From positions 62,001 to 126,000 of the forward strand of contig CDRNVI010000019.1 in assembly GCA_977017575.1 (NCBI GenBank): a DNA stretch of 64,000 bases. The letters are read 5' to 3'. Of the stretch, positions 20,069 through 32,600 are shown one piece after another (position 1 is the first letter of the stretch; each line of letters begins with the position of its first letter). The stretch is from Paramoeba atlantica. Taxonomy: Eukaryota > Protista > Discosea. The notes beneath the pieces are model-generated. The model was not told the origin of the DNA and did not search any database. It saw only the letters and a list, made by a program, of their open reading frames with translations. A program made the translations under genes and the position numbers.

Positions 20069-20813
20069 CACCCATGGACAGAAGTGTGCCCCCGGCCTGG
20101 CAAATGTGAATTTTTTTTACCCGTTTTTTCTCATTTTTGCAGCATTCGAGAGATCTCGTTCCCCTAGCGAAGAGTTTTGCCGCCTTTGCTTCATAGGGAC
20201 CCCCTGGTACCCCCTGTTTCCAAAAAACATGGTTTAATTGCCCGTTTTTTTGGAACACAGTCAATTTCTCTAGTATATTATCTTTTTTCTCCCCGTTTTT
20301 TCTTCATGAGGACCCTGCCTCGCATAAATCATAAACGAAACATCGTTTTGTCGATTTCGGAGCGAACAGAGATAGTCAAACAGCATAAATCCACACAACT
20401 TTGTAGTTTTAAGCCACACAACTATGTAACCCTGACAAAGGCCACAGGAAAGGCGTTTAATGCTCTAAAACGTGCCCCACATAGATAGAAGGTGTTGAAT
20501 TCCATCAAATCTGTTCCTAAACGTATGCAAATAGTTATTCAGACCAATGGGGAGCATTGCGGATATTGATACTTCTTCCTTTTTTCTCATTTTCTCATTG
20601 AAAGGGTGATTTTTTTTCTAGATGTCTAATGCACCATTTTTTGTTTTTGGTCTACTTCGGGGTCACCACCAGAGCACCAGGGGGTCCCTATGAAAAAAAG
20701 GCGGCAAAGCTCTTCGCTAGGGGAACGAGATCGCTCGAATGCTGCAAAAATGAGAAAAAACGGATAAAAAAATGGCATTTGCCAGACCGGGGGCACACTT
20801 CTGTCCATGGGTG
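20069..20813. mobile_element. 745-bp non-autonomous TIR element, ~140-bp TIRs, TA target duplication
   Basis: TA|CACCCATGGACAGAAGTGTGCCCCCGG ... CCGGGGGCACACTTCTGTCCATGGGTG|TA. Arms 20069-20208 and 20676-20813 are near-identical inverses. Confidence 0.9.
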
Positions 20814-21103
20814 TATATTATATTTCCTCCTTTCTCGTCTTTGTTGTCTATGAAGCCGAAAGAAGTGGAGAAATGCATTGCCCTGTATAAACTTTGGTTC
20901 AAAAGAACCACGTGGAAGGAACGTCTGCAATCATTACTCCTCTGTCCAAAAATTTGGGCAGTGCCTGCCGAATATAAATGAAAAGGAAAATGAAAGTGAA
21001 TTGTTTTATCATGCACTTATAGTGCAGAGATTTACACACCATGTCCTTATCCCGCATACGACGGGTGGATCATGTGAGGTTTCGTCCTCGCCGGAGGTGT
21101 GCG

Positions 21104-21269
21104 GGTGCGGAGAGCTGGCGTCCCAGGTGCAGAGAGCTCGGTTGTCATGTGCAGGTGCAGAGAGCCGGATGCGTAATCCCCATATTACAGTTTCGGGGGC
21201 AATCCGGGTGCAGAGAGCTGCGACAGAGCCGAGGTGCGGAGAGCTGGGCGACCGCCAGGTGCAGAGAGC
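21104..21269. repeat. Six spaced copies of GGTGC(A/G)GAGAGC
   Basis: Copies at 21104, 21126, 21154, 21207, 21233 and 21258; spacers of 10, 16, 41, 14 and 13 nt. Confidence 0.85.
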
Positions 21270-21609
21270 CGAGTCTCGTCGGCGGAGGACACGTCTAGTG
21301 GTCCTCAAGGGAGGCCACCGTGACGCATGGCCCTCTCGGAGAGGAAAAAGACAAGTCGAAAAAAGCCGAGAAGGGGAAGCACACTCACTCCAGGGGAGTG
21401 AGTCGGGGAGGGGTGAAGGGGTGAAAGCGCGTCCCCTGCTTCAGCGACATGAGGGACAGTTCCGACTTTAGTGCCGGCCGGCAACGGGCATAAAAATACA
21501 GTAAGAGCATGCCCGTTGCCGGGGAAAGAAAGGATTAACTAAGGAAAAAGTACCAAGGTACAGAAACTGTATCTTTCGAAAAAGAGGAACAATGTGAGCA
21601 ATATATTTA

Positions 21610-21928
21610 CTATCCCCCTTATTTAATAGGGCTACGTGTCACCCGCCCTTTAATAGGGCTATTTTGTCTGGAAGGCCAAAAATTATTTCTGGGAAAGTGC
21701 CAATAAGTTGTCGAATGCGCCGCGAAGCGGCGTATTTTCTTTTCCGCATCTACCCCAACAACCAAAAGTGTATCAAAAGGGAGTAGGACCCTGTTTCACT
21801 ACGATAAAAAAAGCACCGCGAAGCGGCGCCGATTTTTTTTCCATATTATTTTCCATCTCCACCCCCCCCCCCCACTTTATTTGGGCTTTTTGCCCAAAAT
21901 CGGAGTCCTATTAAATAGGGGGGGATAG
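21610..21928. mobile_element. 319-bp MITE-like element, ~24-bp TIRs, TA target duplication
   Basis: TA|CTATCCCCCTTATTTAATAGGGCT ... AGTCCTATTAAATAGGGGGGGATAG|TA; contains two ccgcgaagcggcg motifs. Confidence 0.85.
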
Positions 21929-23448
21929 TATATGAAAGAGGCAGAAGAAACAGCAACGGAGGCAGAAGACACAGAGTCATGAAACTTGATCCAAAGTTTC
22001 ATGAATATGTGAAGGAATGTGTGAAGTGAGGGGTGGTTTAAGGAGTGTGAATTAAGATGTATGTTGAAGACGGAGTCAAATTTTATTATTTTCATAATTA
22101 TTTGTGACAGAAGTGGAGTCCTAAGGAGGACTTGTGCTCGAAAATCTGGCATAAAAGAAAATTTTGTGACAAAAGATGAAGTTGTGTCTGAAAAATGCAT
22201 GAGCACGTTTTTCTATATACAGTATTGTATTTTTTAGGAATGGGTGCAACATAACCCGTCTGTAGCCGTTAATTCGATAGAGCGGTCTTTCTGTGGTAAG
22301 GTACGGTACTCACATACACCGTACACATGTATGTGCATGAGGACAAAGAGCGGACTGTGATATTGAATGCGTGATGTGTCCACAGCGACGACACTTGAGA
22401 TGGAGATAGTGACCCATGCTATCCTTCATGCGTGGATCATTTCCTTCGTGCTTTTGTCTCCAACGAGCGCACACAGGATCATCCGGTGAGCAAATTGCGT
22501 CCTACCAACAGGTCTGTACACTGGAACTATTTTAAATCGTAAATAATTTAGGAGGGAAGAACCTGTGTGTCTCCGAGTGGCTGAAGTCTTTGCTGGAGAC
22601 TGGGCAACGTAATGTTGTTGCACAGCCGCCTTTCTCCCAATGCGTTGTACGCCGCTCGGCGTTCTCTGCAGGACTGCAACTCACCAGTCTCGGGTGTAAT
22701 GTCCCGAGAGGAACTTTCCTCGTTTGTGGGAAGTGATGTGCCCCACCGTTTTCGGGAGCGAAGCACAATAGAATAAGGTTTGGTTGAATAAGAAAATTAG
22801 ATTTTCTCTAATAGATACCAAATTTCTCAAATAGAACTAAATAAATGATTTCAACAGACATGATTCCATTCTACATACGTTTCCATTGTCACATAATGTT
22901 TTCATTATCACTGGTTAACCATTAATTCATTGGTTAATTAATTAATTGACTATTAGGGTATGATTATCGTACCAATATTGCAGTATTGAAACATTCTCTC
23001 AATAGTACTCCATGTAACTAAACGTGCCGCATTGATGACCACTCTTTCCAACAGAAAATATCAATTTAAGCTCTTTTTTCGCGATCAGTTTAAAATATAG
23101 TTTAAAATATTTAGAAGAATATCAAATAGAAAGAAGATAAATGATGAATCAGATTGGGGCAAGATATTTTAAGATTTTTCAATTCGCAAGACTTTTTTGT
23201 ACTAACCTCTTATGAGAGTATAAATACTTATGATGATGGAAATTTCAAACTTCGACTAAACAGGGAATTGTCGACTCTTAAATTATGGAGGATATTACTG
23301 TAACCAATTAAAACATTTACAAAACAAATACTAATGCTAAACTCTACAAAAATTATATGCTGGGAAACATAGATTGTATTAGACAACAAAACTGTAGACT
23401 TCAATGGTTCGAATTTTAGAAAGAATACATGGGCACTTGTGTTTTCCG

Positions 23449-24378
23449 CTAGCAAGAAAGCTCAAACACCATTGGGTGCATCGGTAACTTAACTTTATGC
23501 CAATTCGGATGGAGACGAGGTCTTCGTGCAATTTCAAAGAAATTTAATTGATTGCGTTCTTCTTCGTTCCGGGCATACCAGAAACACAGAGTATCAGACA
23601 TTACGGCTTTGTGTAAACTAATTATTCGGCGTACCTGATCTGACGTATGCACATGAACGAAAAACTGACCATCGGATCGCCCATGCATAGCATAAACTAA
23701 TGCTGGCTCAACTCCCGTAAGAGAGTGCACAAGACAGAAAATCGCCCTGGTTCCAATACCTCGCCTTGCCTGTGCTACGAACAACTTTTTAGTAGTTGCT
23801 TCGACCTGCCTTACTTCATAGCAGTCCAATGGAGGACAGGGAGATACGTCAGCAGCAGCAAAGCAATTCACTAAGTGCGGTGGCAATACGACACGGAGGC
23901 AAAACGGCGACAATTCTTCGAAATAATTCACAGTGGTTTGTAAAGAGCATGCGTAATGACTACAATACGGATGTGGCGTTGATACTTGTGTGTGGATGGG
24001 GTTCATGTGGGACTGGAACGCAGGAATAGGCCGAAAGGGCGGATATACGTCTGAAGGGACATACGGATTTTCAGTGGAATGGTCATTGGGCATGAGGGTA
24101 ACCTTTTCTTCCGGATATACGCGGTTTACGTATCCCAAGCTGCACACAATGGAATCATTCACATACGTCAACGGCGTCGAAAAATACATTGATGCGGGGT
24201 ATACTGTCGGGTTCGCGCTGTACGACGTGTTGACGTATGTGAATGGTTCCATGTGGGCAGTTTGGGATACAGAGACCGACACATCAGGATGAAAATAGTG
24301 TTGATCGCTACGGGGCCACATGAACGACGTTAAACAGGTATGTAAATAACTATTTCGATATAGCTTAGGCAGTTGCAT
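23449..24378 (-). CDS. Divergent RRM-like putative RNA-binding protein (euglenozoan type)
   Basis: Pro/Tyr-rich low-complexity N-half. The C-domain KKLFVAQ...GQFFVHV...FWYARNEEE..L...LP.HPMVFE matches a pattern I recall from kinetoplastid RRM-like proteins. Confidence 0.55.
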   Translation of the reverse strand: MQLPKLYRNSYLHTCLTSFMWPRSDQHYFHPDVSVSVSQTAHMEPFTYVNTSYSANPTVYPASMYFSTPLTYVNDSIVCSLGYVNRVYPEEKVTLMPNDHSTENPYVPSDVYPPFRPIPAFQSHMNPIHTQVSTPHPYCSHYACSLQTTVNYFEELSPFCLRVVLPPHLVNCFAAADVSPCPPLDCYEVRQVEATTKKLFVAQARRGIGTRAIFCLVHSLTGVEPALVYAMHGRSDGQFFVHVHTSDQVRRIISLHKAVMSDTLCFWYARNEEERNQLNFFEIARRPRLHPNWHKVKLPMHPMVFELSC

Positions 24379-24708
24379 TTACCGAAGTATTGGAAAAAAA
24401 TGCAGAGCACGTTTCATAACACTGGTTAATTACTAAAATCGAAGTGAATGATACGTGGAATTTATACATGAATGTTTCGTCTAGACTCACGAAAGTATGA
24501 CGTCCGTGTGAGGTCGTTGATGAAATACATTGTAAAATTATACCGCAGTATTTGTTTTGGCGATAAGATGAAGCAATTCTTTTGTGACACGAAGTCCCAA
24601 ATATTCCGACAATCGTCTCTTAGTCCATTGCACTGGTAACGCGTCCACTACATGGTGAGCATTGCCCGTATCTATCCCTTTTGAAGTTGCAGGGTAAACG
24701 CCTCGATA

Positions 24709-27321
24709 CTACGATGCGACTTCCGACCTACGTTGAAAACCATATTTATAGTATAATACTGGGGACGCATCTTTTATCCATTCTGGAAGTATTGGAGCGC
24801 AGTGCATCATGAAATTTGCTTTTGTGCAGCGTAAGTGATGATACATAACGTATGTTGGCAACGGTCTCTTCTTTGCCAATGAACTAGAAGGGTGTATCTT
24901 GAGCTCCAGACCAGGTTTTGTCACATTCTCGTACGTATCTCCATAGCGTCTCAGTCTTGCGATGTTTTGAGCGTATCCACCAATCAATGATTTCATGACA
25001 TCACTATGTTCTTTGTAGCTCTTCACGAGTATATTCGTCCGATCTAATAATCTCAGCAGTTGGTTTCGAATATTACAGGCCCTTTGCAATATTCTGTATT
25101 GGACAAAATGATTAATACACCAACTTTCCGATCGACCACTATCTTCCCATTGTTCAAAGATTTCAAGGAATAATATCATATCACCGTGCCCCCGGTCGAA
25201 ATTAGCAATGGTAGATTGAAAAGCAGATCGGAGACGTGAATTCTGCCCTACTTGAAACAAACTCGTGTCCAAAGTTGCTAACAAAGCCACCACAATTGTA
25301 AGTTCATGAGAACATTCGTATTTTTCAGCGCGTACCAGCGACTTTGAAAGCCTAGGATCAAGTGGAAACTCCGCCATGCGCTTTCCTAAGGTAGTGAGTT
25401 CTCCGTCATCATCCAAAGCTTCAAGAAAGTGTAGATCTGTAAAAGCTTGAGTTATGTTCTCAGGACATGGAGAATCAATAAATTCAAAATCTAAAAAGTT
25501 TGCTACACCCAAAGCTTTCACATCCAGTACTAGGTGTGCTATGTCCGTCCGCTGCACTTCGGGGATAATGGCAAGCGCGAGGTCATTGTCATATGAGGAT
25601 CGCGTATACAGTCGGTAGCAAATTCCAGGCTTAGTACGACCTGCCCGACCACGCCTTTGCTCCGCTCCGGCCTGAGAAATCGGCACCACTAAAAGACGTT
25701 CCATATTTGCTTTCGAGTCGTACCACGTTTGTTTACAGAAGCCACAATCAACGACGTAAACAATTCCGTCGATAGTCAGCGATGTTTCAGCAATATTCGT
25801 AGCTAATACGACTTTTCGGGCTCCTTGGGGTGTAGGTTCAAATATTCGTCTTTGTAAATCGGAAGGAAGAGCCCCGTAAACAGGGAAAATAAGTATTTCA
25901 CGCAAGAAATGCTGCATAGATGAGAGTTTTTCTTGTATAATACCTTCACACCTTGTGATTTCCTCTTGCCCTGTCAAAAAAACAAGTATATCACCCTGCG
26001 GCTCGTGCTCATGAATCTGTAAAATAGTTGCCGCAGAGGCCTCTACATAATCTAGTAATGGAATTTGTGCAAATTTTACTGCTACCGGAAACAAACGCCC
26101 CGTGACGTGAAGAACGGCTGCATTTTCAAAGTAGCTGCTTAATTTTATAGCTTGTAATGTTGCAGATGCAATCACAACGGTTAAAGGATTACTTGTATTC
26201 CTCCTTACTCTCCAGGTTTCGCGAACGAATCCCAGCAGAACGTCAGTATGTAGCGCTCGCTCATGCGCTTCATCAATCACTACGGCCGACACGTTTTCCA
26301 GCATCGGATCGGAAATATACTCTCGTAGTAGCATACCATCTGTCATGTAAATAAGTTTTGTGTCTGGAGCAAGCCTTTCATCGAATCGGACTTTATAGCC
26401 CACGCTTGAGCCTAGTGCGACACCGCACTCATAAGCCACGCGGGCCGAAACGCTCATAGCGGCCACTCGTCTGGGTTGAGTACAAATCACACGCTTGGAA
26501 CCATCACACGTGTATCCAGTCTCTACCAGGTACTGTGGAATTTGGGTTGATTTCCCACACCCCGTTTCTCCCTGTAGAATGAGAACATGTTCGTCCTTCA
26601 GTCGTTTCAAGATTTCACTTCGATAATTATAAATGGGCAAGGTTTTACGAAAGTCATCGATACTGAGAATTTTTAAAGTATCTTCGGGTTCATCACGTGG
26701 TACTTGGTACTTTGAGTAATGATTGTATTTGTCACTAGTAAAAGCTATTTCATCTTGAAGAAGGGCTTGTACCGCGTGTTTGTCGGGAACAAAGGTCCTA
26801 GCAACAGTAGTAAGTTCGACGCCGGAAGCTTCTATTTTTTTCTGTTCTAGTAACTTTTGCTGCTGCAGGGCAGTTGTGGCATGGTAATCGTCAAAGGTTG
26901 CATCATCCCCCATTAGTGCTCCAACCTGTTTTTCATTTCTATCCCCCAAGCTTTCCAGTGACGTGGCTTGAGGAAGACGATACGATGAATCTCGAGTACC
27001 AGTGGGCTCAAAAGATTTCGCGATCGCGACGCTATCTATGACCTTACGATATTTTTCAAGCTCCACCGAAGAAAGTGGTTTATTCTTTATTTCGGCTTCT
27101 AAATATTCCGCAATTTTCGATTCTTCTTTGAAAACCCGTGGAGCAATTCGCGAAAAAAAGTTCTGACGAGACAAACTTTCCTGACGCTCCCAATCTGAAT
27201 CTTTATACGCTTTTGCATGTGCCCGCGGTGTGAGCTCGTGATCCCGTAATCTTTTCACCTGTTCCTTGCGAATCTCTCGCTTACGCTCGTTTAAATCTTT
27301 TATCCATTCATTTTCACCCAT
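24709..27321 (-). CDS. Spliceosomal DEAH-box RNA helicase (Prp2/DHX16-like)
   Basis: LPIY, GETGCGKSTQIPQ, TQPRRVAAMSV, MTDGMLLRE, DEAHER, SAT, ATNIAETSLTI, QRRGRAGR, HA2 and OB-fold C-terminus. Confidence 0.9.
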   Translation of the reverse strand: MGENEWIKDLNERKREIRKEQVKRLRDHELTPRAHAKAYKDSDWERQESLSRQNFFSRIAPRVFKEESKIAEYLEAEIKNKPLSSVELEKYRKVIDSVAIAKSFEPTGTRDSSYRLPQATSLESLGDRNEKQVGALMGDDATFDDYHATTALQQQKLLEQKKIEASGVELTTVARTFVPDKHAVQALLQDEIAFTSDKYNHYSKYQVPRDEPEDTLKILSIDDFRKTLPIYNYRSEILKRLKDEHVLILQGETGCGKSTQIPQYLVETGYTCDGSKRVICTQPRRVAAMSVSARVAYECGVALGSSVGYKVRFDERLAPDTKLIYMTDGMLLREYISDPMLENVSAVVIDEAHERALHTDVLLGFVRETWRVRRNTSNPLTVVIASATLQAIKLSSYFENAAVLHVTGRLFPVAVKFAQIPLLDYVEASAATILQIHEHEPQGDILVFLTGQEEITRCEGIIQEKLSSMQHFLREILIFPVYGALPSDLQRRIFEPTPQGARKVVLATNIAETSLTIDGIVYVVDCGFCKQTWYDSKANMERLLVVPISQAGAEQRRGRAGRTKPGICYRLYTRSSYDNDLALAIIPEVQRTDIAHLVLDVKALGVANFLDFEFIDSPCPENITQAFTDLHFLEALDDDGELTTLGKRMAEFPLDPRLSKSLVRAEKYECSHELTIVVALLATLDTSLFQVGQNSRLRSAFQSTIANFDRGHGDMILFLEIFEQWEDSGRSESWCINHFVQYRILQRACNIRNQLLRLLDRTNILVKSYKEHSDVMKSLIGGYAQNIARLRRYGDTYENVTKPGLELKIHPSSSLAKKRPLPTYVMYHHLRCTKANFMMHCAPILPEWIKDASPVLYYKYGFQRRSEVAS

Positions 27322-27882
27322 TTATCAGTACATATTAAATGCTTGACTAAAGAAAAAGGGAATGTGTTACAACAATGAAATGATTGTATTCAAAAACTGT
27401 ATATTGAATTTTATAAAGATAAACTTGATAAGGTTTTGATCGTTGGCTCATCAAAAAAAAGTCAATTTGAGGAAGTTACATTGGTCTGTGTATACGTTCG
27501 GAGACTAAAATCTTAGGTTACGTAACTATAGAAAGTATTTAAACATTTTCTTATCAAACTCAAAAACAAATCATAAGTTGGCTACGCCAATAGACGGTAA
27601 GAATTTCACCAGCCTCGGGAACAATGTTTTTAAAGGTTCAAGCTATGCATAGGAGCAAAAAGAAATTGGTCACCCCAAATGATCAATGGGCAAATTTGTT
27701 TCTTAACTGCATCTTTAGAGACTGATATTCACTGCAGTTATTTGATGGTGAGAATAAAGGGCCGCACTGCGCATACATTCAAATATATACACTTACATAG
27801 TACTGTATTACATGTATGTACTTACATAGTACTGTAAATTAGGAAGCATTTGTTTACATTCGAGATATTCAACGAGAGCTGC

Positions 27883-29337
27883 TCAGTTGCTGAGTCCAAG
27901 CTGACGCAATGAAGGAACTACATCTACTTCTCCAGTGCTGAACATGCAAGGTGCCTGATTCAGGGCTTTTTGAAGTAGACAAAGAACTTGATTAGGTCTG
28001 ACGTTTCCTACAGCATCGAGAACGTCGCATCCAAGCTCTGTAGAATCACTCATACTCAAAGCGCAAGATGCAACATAATCGCTGTAGTCCCTCCTCAGTT
28101 CTAAATTGTCATGATAAAACCTGACAACAGCGCGGTGAAGAGCATGTGCAAAACTTTGTTCGAATAACTTAGCGCCTTTAGCACATTCTTGAACAATATC
28201 TATACCTTTTCTCATGTCCGTTTCGAAATGAAAAGGATCTGATCTTATAGTCAAACCTAATACACCAGCTGTTTCATAAGGATTGTAAAACGTTCTAGCA
28301 CCTTTGTCCAACCCATATTCAAGTCGAGATCCGTCTTGTAGGGCGGTACTCAGAAGCTGGTGAGTGACTAAACCCACTGCGTATTCCTCTGGAGCGCTAG
28401 CTCCAGCAGGTACTATCCAACCTAGAGCGCTAATCGTTTCATTGTCCATCGAAGGCTTAGATGTCATTTCCTTTTGACGCTTTTCAGGGTCAGCCGTTTC
28501 GCGCCCAGGGTGAAACTGCGCACTTTCATTTTTAGTTGAAATAGCCAAAGGAACTTCACTTTCTCGAAAATGGGGAGCCGTTTTTTGGTGTGGATACGGC
28601 GCTGTTTCATATGCTGCTACTAAAGTATCATGATCAATGTTGGTACCTACGATACACATGTTATGGGGGAGAAAACGAGTGCAGTACTGTTTCATTAGGT
28701 GATCTGGAGAGCAGTCGTCATTGCTATGTGGTGGGACAAGACGTGGCTGGCCGAGAGGCTCTTTGTAGAAACCAACGCACTCAAGACGTTGTGTGCAATA
28801 CTCACGTGGAGCTTTCCAGCGCATTTCCTCATACACTGCATCCATCGCATCGCGGTAGCGCTGTACTTCAACTTCCATAAAACGAGGAACAGCTACACAG
28901 TTACACATCATATGGAACAATGTCTGAAACTTGTCGCGCGGCACCTCTACTTTCCAACCAAGAATTTGTTTACGGATTTCAGTGTGCTCAAAACTCGCTC
29001 CTACGGAACGAAGCTGGCGATCGAATTGAAACATAGAGTCCTCCAAGTTCGAAAGCATGAGACCGCAACGCATGACGTAATTAAGCCCGGGGCGAGAAAT
29101 AGGATCATATTTAGCACCAGCTTGTACATTATATATTCCGATGGATGACATACTTTCTCCAAAGTCTTGAGTAATAATTTGCGCCTCATTCGAAGCTGTG
29201 CTTCTTCGAAGTGAAGATTTGGCAGAGGGGGTCAGAGGAGAAATGTCATTATCTGCTTGCCTATATGAGAATCCCCAGGAGAGCTTCGGGTGAACGCTAA
29301 AAGGTGCGATTGATAGTGAAAGACTTCTGCAAAGCAT
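27883..29337 (-). CDS. Mitochondrial processing peptidase alpha subunit (M16 family, kinetoplastid type)
   Basis: AGAKYDP..PGL.YVMR, EMRW..PREYC...LE.VGFYKEPLG.PR.VP..SND match my recollection of trypanosomatid alpha-MPP. No HxxEH motif; presequence-like N-terminus. Confidence 0.85.
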   Translation of the reverse strand: MLCRSLSLSIAPFSVHPKLSWGFSYRQADNDISPLTPSAKSSLRRSTASNEAQIITQDFGESMSSIGIYNVQAGAKYDPISRPGLNYVMRCGLMLSNLEDSMFQFDRQLRSVGASFEHTEIRKQILGWKVEVPRDKFQTLFHMMCNCVAVPRFMEVEVQRYRDAMDAVYEEMRWKAPREYCTQRLECVGFYKEPLGQPRLVPPHSNDDCSPDHLMKQYCTRFLPHNMCIVGTNIDHDTLVAAYETAPYPHQKTAPHFRESEVPLAISTKNESAQFHPGRETADPEKRQKEMTSKPSMDNETISALGWIVPAGASAPEEYAVGLVTHQLLSTALQDGSRLEYGLDKGARTFYNPYETAGVLGLTIRSDPFHFETDMRKGIDIVQECAKGAKLFEQSFAHALHRAVVRFYHDNLELRRDYSDYVASCALSMSDSTELGCDVLDAVGNVRPNQVLCLLQKALNQAPCMFSTGEVDVVPSLRQLGLSN

Positions 29338-29648
29338 TATTAGAGAGTAAAATTATGTTCACATTTCATTATTGATGTTAATATCAACTTCTGTGTGTGC
29401 AGTTGCATCATTGTTCAACAATATAAGGTAGTTATATTTTTTATATATATACATCATTCCAGTACATGCAGGGTACATGTACAGGGCGTACATGAGAGCC
29501 GTTTACACATTTGCAAAAGGTTCGACGAAAACCCCATACAGACCCTGCTCCCACTTCGGGACCCTGCTCCCACTTCCGCATCTTTTTCAAGGAAAGATTA
29601 CACGCAAAAAAACTTCGTGCCACTGCAAGGAACATAAACTATGGAGTG

Positions 29649-32600
29649 CTACCTGGATTCTATCTGTGACAGAGAGTTTATCCATAAATGAGCGTGCTTA
29701 CGCAATTCATTTTGCATGTTTGCGGACTCCACAGTATCCAAAAGCAAACGCGTATCGGTGGCAGACAAACATTTGACGATGCGCAAAGAAGATAACCAAT
29801 CTTCCGTGTTTTTCAGGAGGAGCTGCACGATGGAGGCAAGTAATTTAATATCAATCTTGTTTCTCACTTTAGCTTGTGTTTTTGAGACACCAGTAAGAGA
29901 CATCGGAGCTGAAGACTCCTCAAGAGCAGGCTTTTCACGTAACATGAATTCTGCAGCAGTGAGTGCACACATCCAAAACGCATATGTACCTGCTCGTATT
30001 TGAATTTCCTTCAACTGTTTCAGTAAAAAAACAGATAACATTAGAGAAGAAAATGTGTGACACAGCGCGCTAAAAGTTTTAACTAGAGCAGGAACACACC
30101 CGTGATGAAATTTACGCAGCACGACGATCACAACCTTGGCATCCACGAGTCGCACAAGTTTGCGACTTCGAAGGACTCGTAATGACTCACTCCAGGACCA
30201 ATGAGTTTGTGAAAGTAAGGAGCACAGCTCTGTTGCGGAGTTTACGTGACTTAACGCCTGTAAAAGTGCGCTCTGTTCCTGCGCTGCCATGTAAACGGGC
30301 ATCAAATCCGTTTGAGGCCCTCGGGCATCAACATAATGCTCATATATTTGTAACGCGCGCTGTGCTTTGCCGGTATGAAGTAGTTGACTCATAATCAATT
30401 GCAGAAATCGATGTCTGATACCCAGAGAACACAAAGGTTTTATGTGTTCCATTACACGGGTAGCATATTCCCAATTCGATGAAGTGAGTATGTTCAACCA
30501 TCTAAGAAGAATAGATGAATTCTCGAACACCACTGAGTGATTTTTCGCAAACAGTAGTACCGCTATCCACCAGCTATCCCTACTAATTCTCGAAATAGAA
30601 GTAAGTAATTGAGCTGCCAATGCTTCTTTGACTTCCTTTCGGACCGTTTCTTGTCTTCCCAAAAGATTCAAACATTGTCTCCAGCTTAACTTCTTCGTGG
30701 AAAGTAAATCTTGCTGAAGGGCAATATCCTGTAGGGAAAACCACCACTCCTGCTTTAGGTCTAACGAACGTTCAATTAGCTTTGAAGAAAGATCAACAGA
30801 TATTCGCGGCGCACGACAATGTAAGCATAATCGCAACAACGACGCAACTCGGTGATCCGTTAAAAATCGTTTTCCTACTCGCTCATGCATCCAATTTGCA
30901 AGTGCTAGGACGGTTTTATTCTTATTGCTGTTCATTAAAGAGTGTAGACAAGAATACGCAATTGTAGGCAATAACTTCTCCGGGTGTGGTAGCTTCAATA
31001 AAACCTGCAATCCGACACTCCAATGAAAATAAAATAACTCCGTTTGTGCGTCCGCTTGAATTTCATCTGTGCAATTGATGCCAACGCGTGGTACTTCGTT
31101 TGATTCTCTAGACCCCTTTTGAAGACTTAAATCCATGGCGAATATTTGAAAAGCGTGTTGAATCAGTCCGGGTCGGTTGATCGATACATTTACAAGCACT
31201 TGACACCACTTTTTCAACGATCTTCTCGATATGCTGAGAGATAGAAAGGATGAGAGAATAATTTTCCATGGTGCACCACAAAAGTAGGCACTGCCCCACA
31301 AATCATTGAGCAAATCTGATTCACCAGGTGCATGAGTATTAACCAATGTGAGGGCATCCTGCCACATGAAGCACGCAGACCCATGAGGAGTGTCAACGAG
31401 GACTCTAGAAAGCATTAGACGCTCCAGCAGAACATCTAATGGAGCGGGAAAATAATTTGTCGTAATCAAGCTCGCAGCTTCTTTCCAAGAAATATTACAA
31501 CGCAAAATCTCTCGAAGACTTTCGTGAAGCATTCTTTTTGCAGACGCATAAACTTTCACTCCTTTGCATAAGAGACCGTACGGCAATGCGGTGGAAACAA
31601 GAATTTGCTGCTTTTCCTTTTTGGCTTGCTTGAGAACGGAAAAGTATTTTTCGATGATATCCGACGGAATACTGCCCCAAGGTACGTCTACAGTTTTCAA
31701 AATCTCATAATTTCGCAATAAACATTCCGAATTACGAGATAAAAGATCGAAAAATGCTAAATTAAGTGCAGAATACGTGAGGTTCAAAGAAAAGTCAAAG
31801 CGACCTTCCGCATTCTCTAGTTCGCTCTTTCGTAAAAATAACATTGATAAGGCCGTAAGTAGTAGGGAAGATGTTCCTGGAAGATCGCAATCACCACGCC
31901 CACAAATAGTACGGAGGGAGCAAGCAACTAACCGTTGATCTGAAGAGAAATTAATGGCTGTGATACATAGTTTGATACACAAAGTAATTTCCTTATGATC
32001 TAGCAGTATCATTACCACTTCGCGCAAATATCCCATGATTGCTCTCTCACATGATGACAATTTGTGCGCCATTATAACGATATTTGCTGAGCTGCTGCAA
32101 CCTAAAACAAGCTGTTCAGTTTGATCTACGATAAACTTCCAGTTGCGCGCTTCTAAGTGCTGTTTAAGCTTGCGATGCTCTGGACTATCGCAAACGCTTA
32201 GTGGAGGGAGGGGAATGTTGAAATCAAGACACGCGCGCCATGTGGACCGCCTAAGCCTATGATACAGAAGAGCAGTTCGCAGAACTTCTTTTACAGGTTG
32301 AGCAGCTTCTTTTTGGCCAGCATTTGGGAGCTGCGAGCCACTTTTCAAAAAACCTCTGTTATAGAGGTTTTCATAGTCGTGAACCTCAGGTATGATCCCA
32401 AATGCAACGAAATCCAAAAGACAGTCTAATGGGTTCATCGTTACACTAATAATTTCTGACAGGCAGTGACTCAAAAAACTGGATTCAAGTTCAGCGAGCT
32501 CGTTTGCGCTTCTCTGACATTCCTTCTTCAATGAGACAAGATCCTTTTGCTGCACTTTCCGAAGCCAGCTCGGTATCAGCTGTGCTTCATTAGCAGAAAT

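Noticed and set aside
21104-21269. CRISPR-like repeat-spacer array
   Set aside because: The repeat is only 12 nt, spacers vary from 10 to 41 nt and partly resemble each other, there are no cas genes, and the context is eukaryotic.
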